A DNA stretch of 63,379 nucleotides, counting the filler, from Choristocarpus tenellus KU-1152 (taxonomy: Eukaryota; Protista; Phaeophyceae), in the NCBI GenBank assembly GCA_964200185.2. It is 17 parts of 17 records of this genome, joined end to end, with 100 filler letters (N's around TTAATTAATTAA, not from the genome) between each part and the next. Parts side by side here need not be neighbours in the genome. Positions count along the whole stretch, not along the records: positions 60,792 to 63,379 come from CAXNAD020026502.1; 16 more parts are not named here. One strand, 5' to 3'. The position numbers were made by a program, and so were the translations under genes. Positions 62,474-63,379 of the stretch are shown in pieces. The notes under the pieces are model-generated. The model did not search any database. It was given only the letters and a program-made list of their open reading frames with translations, and was not told the DNA's origin. How positions within the stretch are numbered: the first letter of the stretch is position 1; each line of letters starts with the position of its first letter.

Positions 62474-62761
62474 GACGCAAAGTATCTGGGGCGGGGGTGG
62501 GGGGGTGGCAGCTGTCCATTTGGGATCAATTTTTTCATGTCACGATTTTTGTTTTTTATTTTTCGTGTGATTTGGTTGCATACGTCATCCGATGGATATC
62601 GAGTGAAAGTATCTTAGGGTTAGGGTTAGTTAGGGTACGAGTTTTGCCCTGTTTGTCCATTTGGGGCTTGACCTCCCATGGCGTATTTTTATATTTTTTT
62701 TCCTGATTTTGGACCAAATGGACACTCTGGTGTAGACCCCCCCCCCCAGATACTTTGGACC
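62474..62761 (-). mobile_element. Chimeric MITE: family A shell containing the left ~90 bp of family B (from 62601)
   Basis: A-type TIRs at both ends (taat flanks) and an internal GAGTGAAAGTATCTTAGGG...GTACGAGTTTTGCCCTGTTTGTCCATTTGGGGCTTGACCTCCC. Confidence 0.88.
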
Positions 62762-63154
62762 TAATAATAAAAGAAACAAAACAATAATAAAAGTAGCAAC
62801 AACAAAAGAAATGACAGCACAAAAAGTATAGTAAAAACAATACAAGGAAAAAACAACAATAATAAAAATATAGCAACAATAAAAATATGAAAAAGAAACA
62901 CAATTCCAGTGAAAATACAAGTATAGCGCAATAAAACATCACCATAATAATAATACCATAATAATAAAAAGATGAATAACAAAAACACTCCCAGCAAAAA
63001 TACAAAAGCAATGCAATAAAACAATTAACATCATGACACTAAAAATAATAAAATGAAAGAAACAAAAAATACTCGTACGATAGACACTAAAAATAACAAT
63101 AATAACAATAACAATAATAATAACAATAACAAAATAATAAAAACAAAATATTAC

Positions 63155-63247
63155 CTTGGGATGGAAGGCGGCGCACATGACGTAGTGATTGTGACCAGTA
63201 AGGACTGCAATACACGTACGGCTCTGCCAGTTCCAGATCCGGATTGT
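63155..63247 (-). CDS. COPA: Coatomer subunit alpha, WD40 exon
   Basis: atacag|[31 protein letters not shown]|gtaata, a near-invariant alpha-COP sequence. Confidence 0.96.
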
Positions 63248-63379
63248 CTGTATCAAATAAAATAAAATGTATATTAAAAAAAAGAGAACAAAAACACATC
63301 AGGGATTAGATCAACGAGCGAGTGCCGGAGTCAGTTTTTTTTTCTATTTTCTATTTTTTTTAAAGGAGAGGGGTGGGGG

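Overview
Eukaryotic nuclear DNA, not prokaryotic, and not one continuous locus. The window is 17 short contigs joined by 16 identical artificial 100-nt spacers (44 N + TTAATTAATTAA + 44 N), so adjacency across spacers has no biological meaning. Intron-rich genes, TTAGGG tracts and a cyanobacterial-type gene with a signal-peptide-like N-terminus suggest a photosynthetic stramenopile such as a brown alga (inference). Recognisable host genes appear as spliced exons the ORF track mostly misses: MCM8 (2 exons), METTL1/TRM8 (last 2 exons), COPA (2 exons), a 4-exon cyanobacteria/plastid-lineage gene and an unknown gene divergent from it. Most of the rest is transposon material: two copies of a Ty3/Gypsy family, relics of Copia, DIRS/Ngaro, RTE LINE, RLE (CRE-like) LINE and MULE elements, and about 23 copies of two related MITE families with 4-bp TSDs. 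The best candidate for undescribed biology is the Gypsy family. Its Gag has a CCCH-type finger instead of a CCHC knuckle, its gag TGA is conserved in both diverged copies with protease in the same frame (possible stop-codon readthrough), its RT has WLDD in place of YxDD, and a Tudor-like module may replace the chromodomain. All family assignments are by-eye motif recognition; no searches were run.
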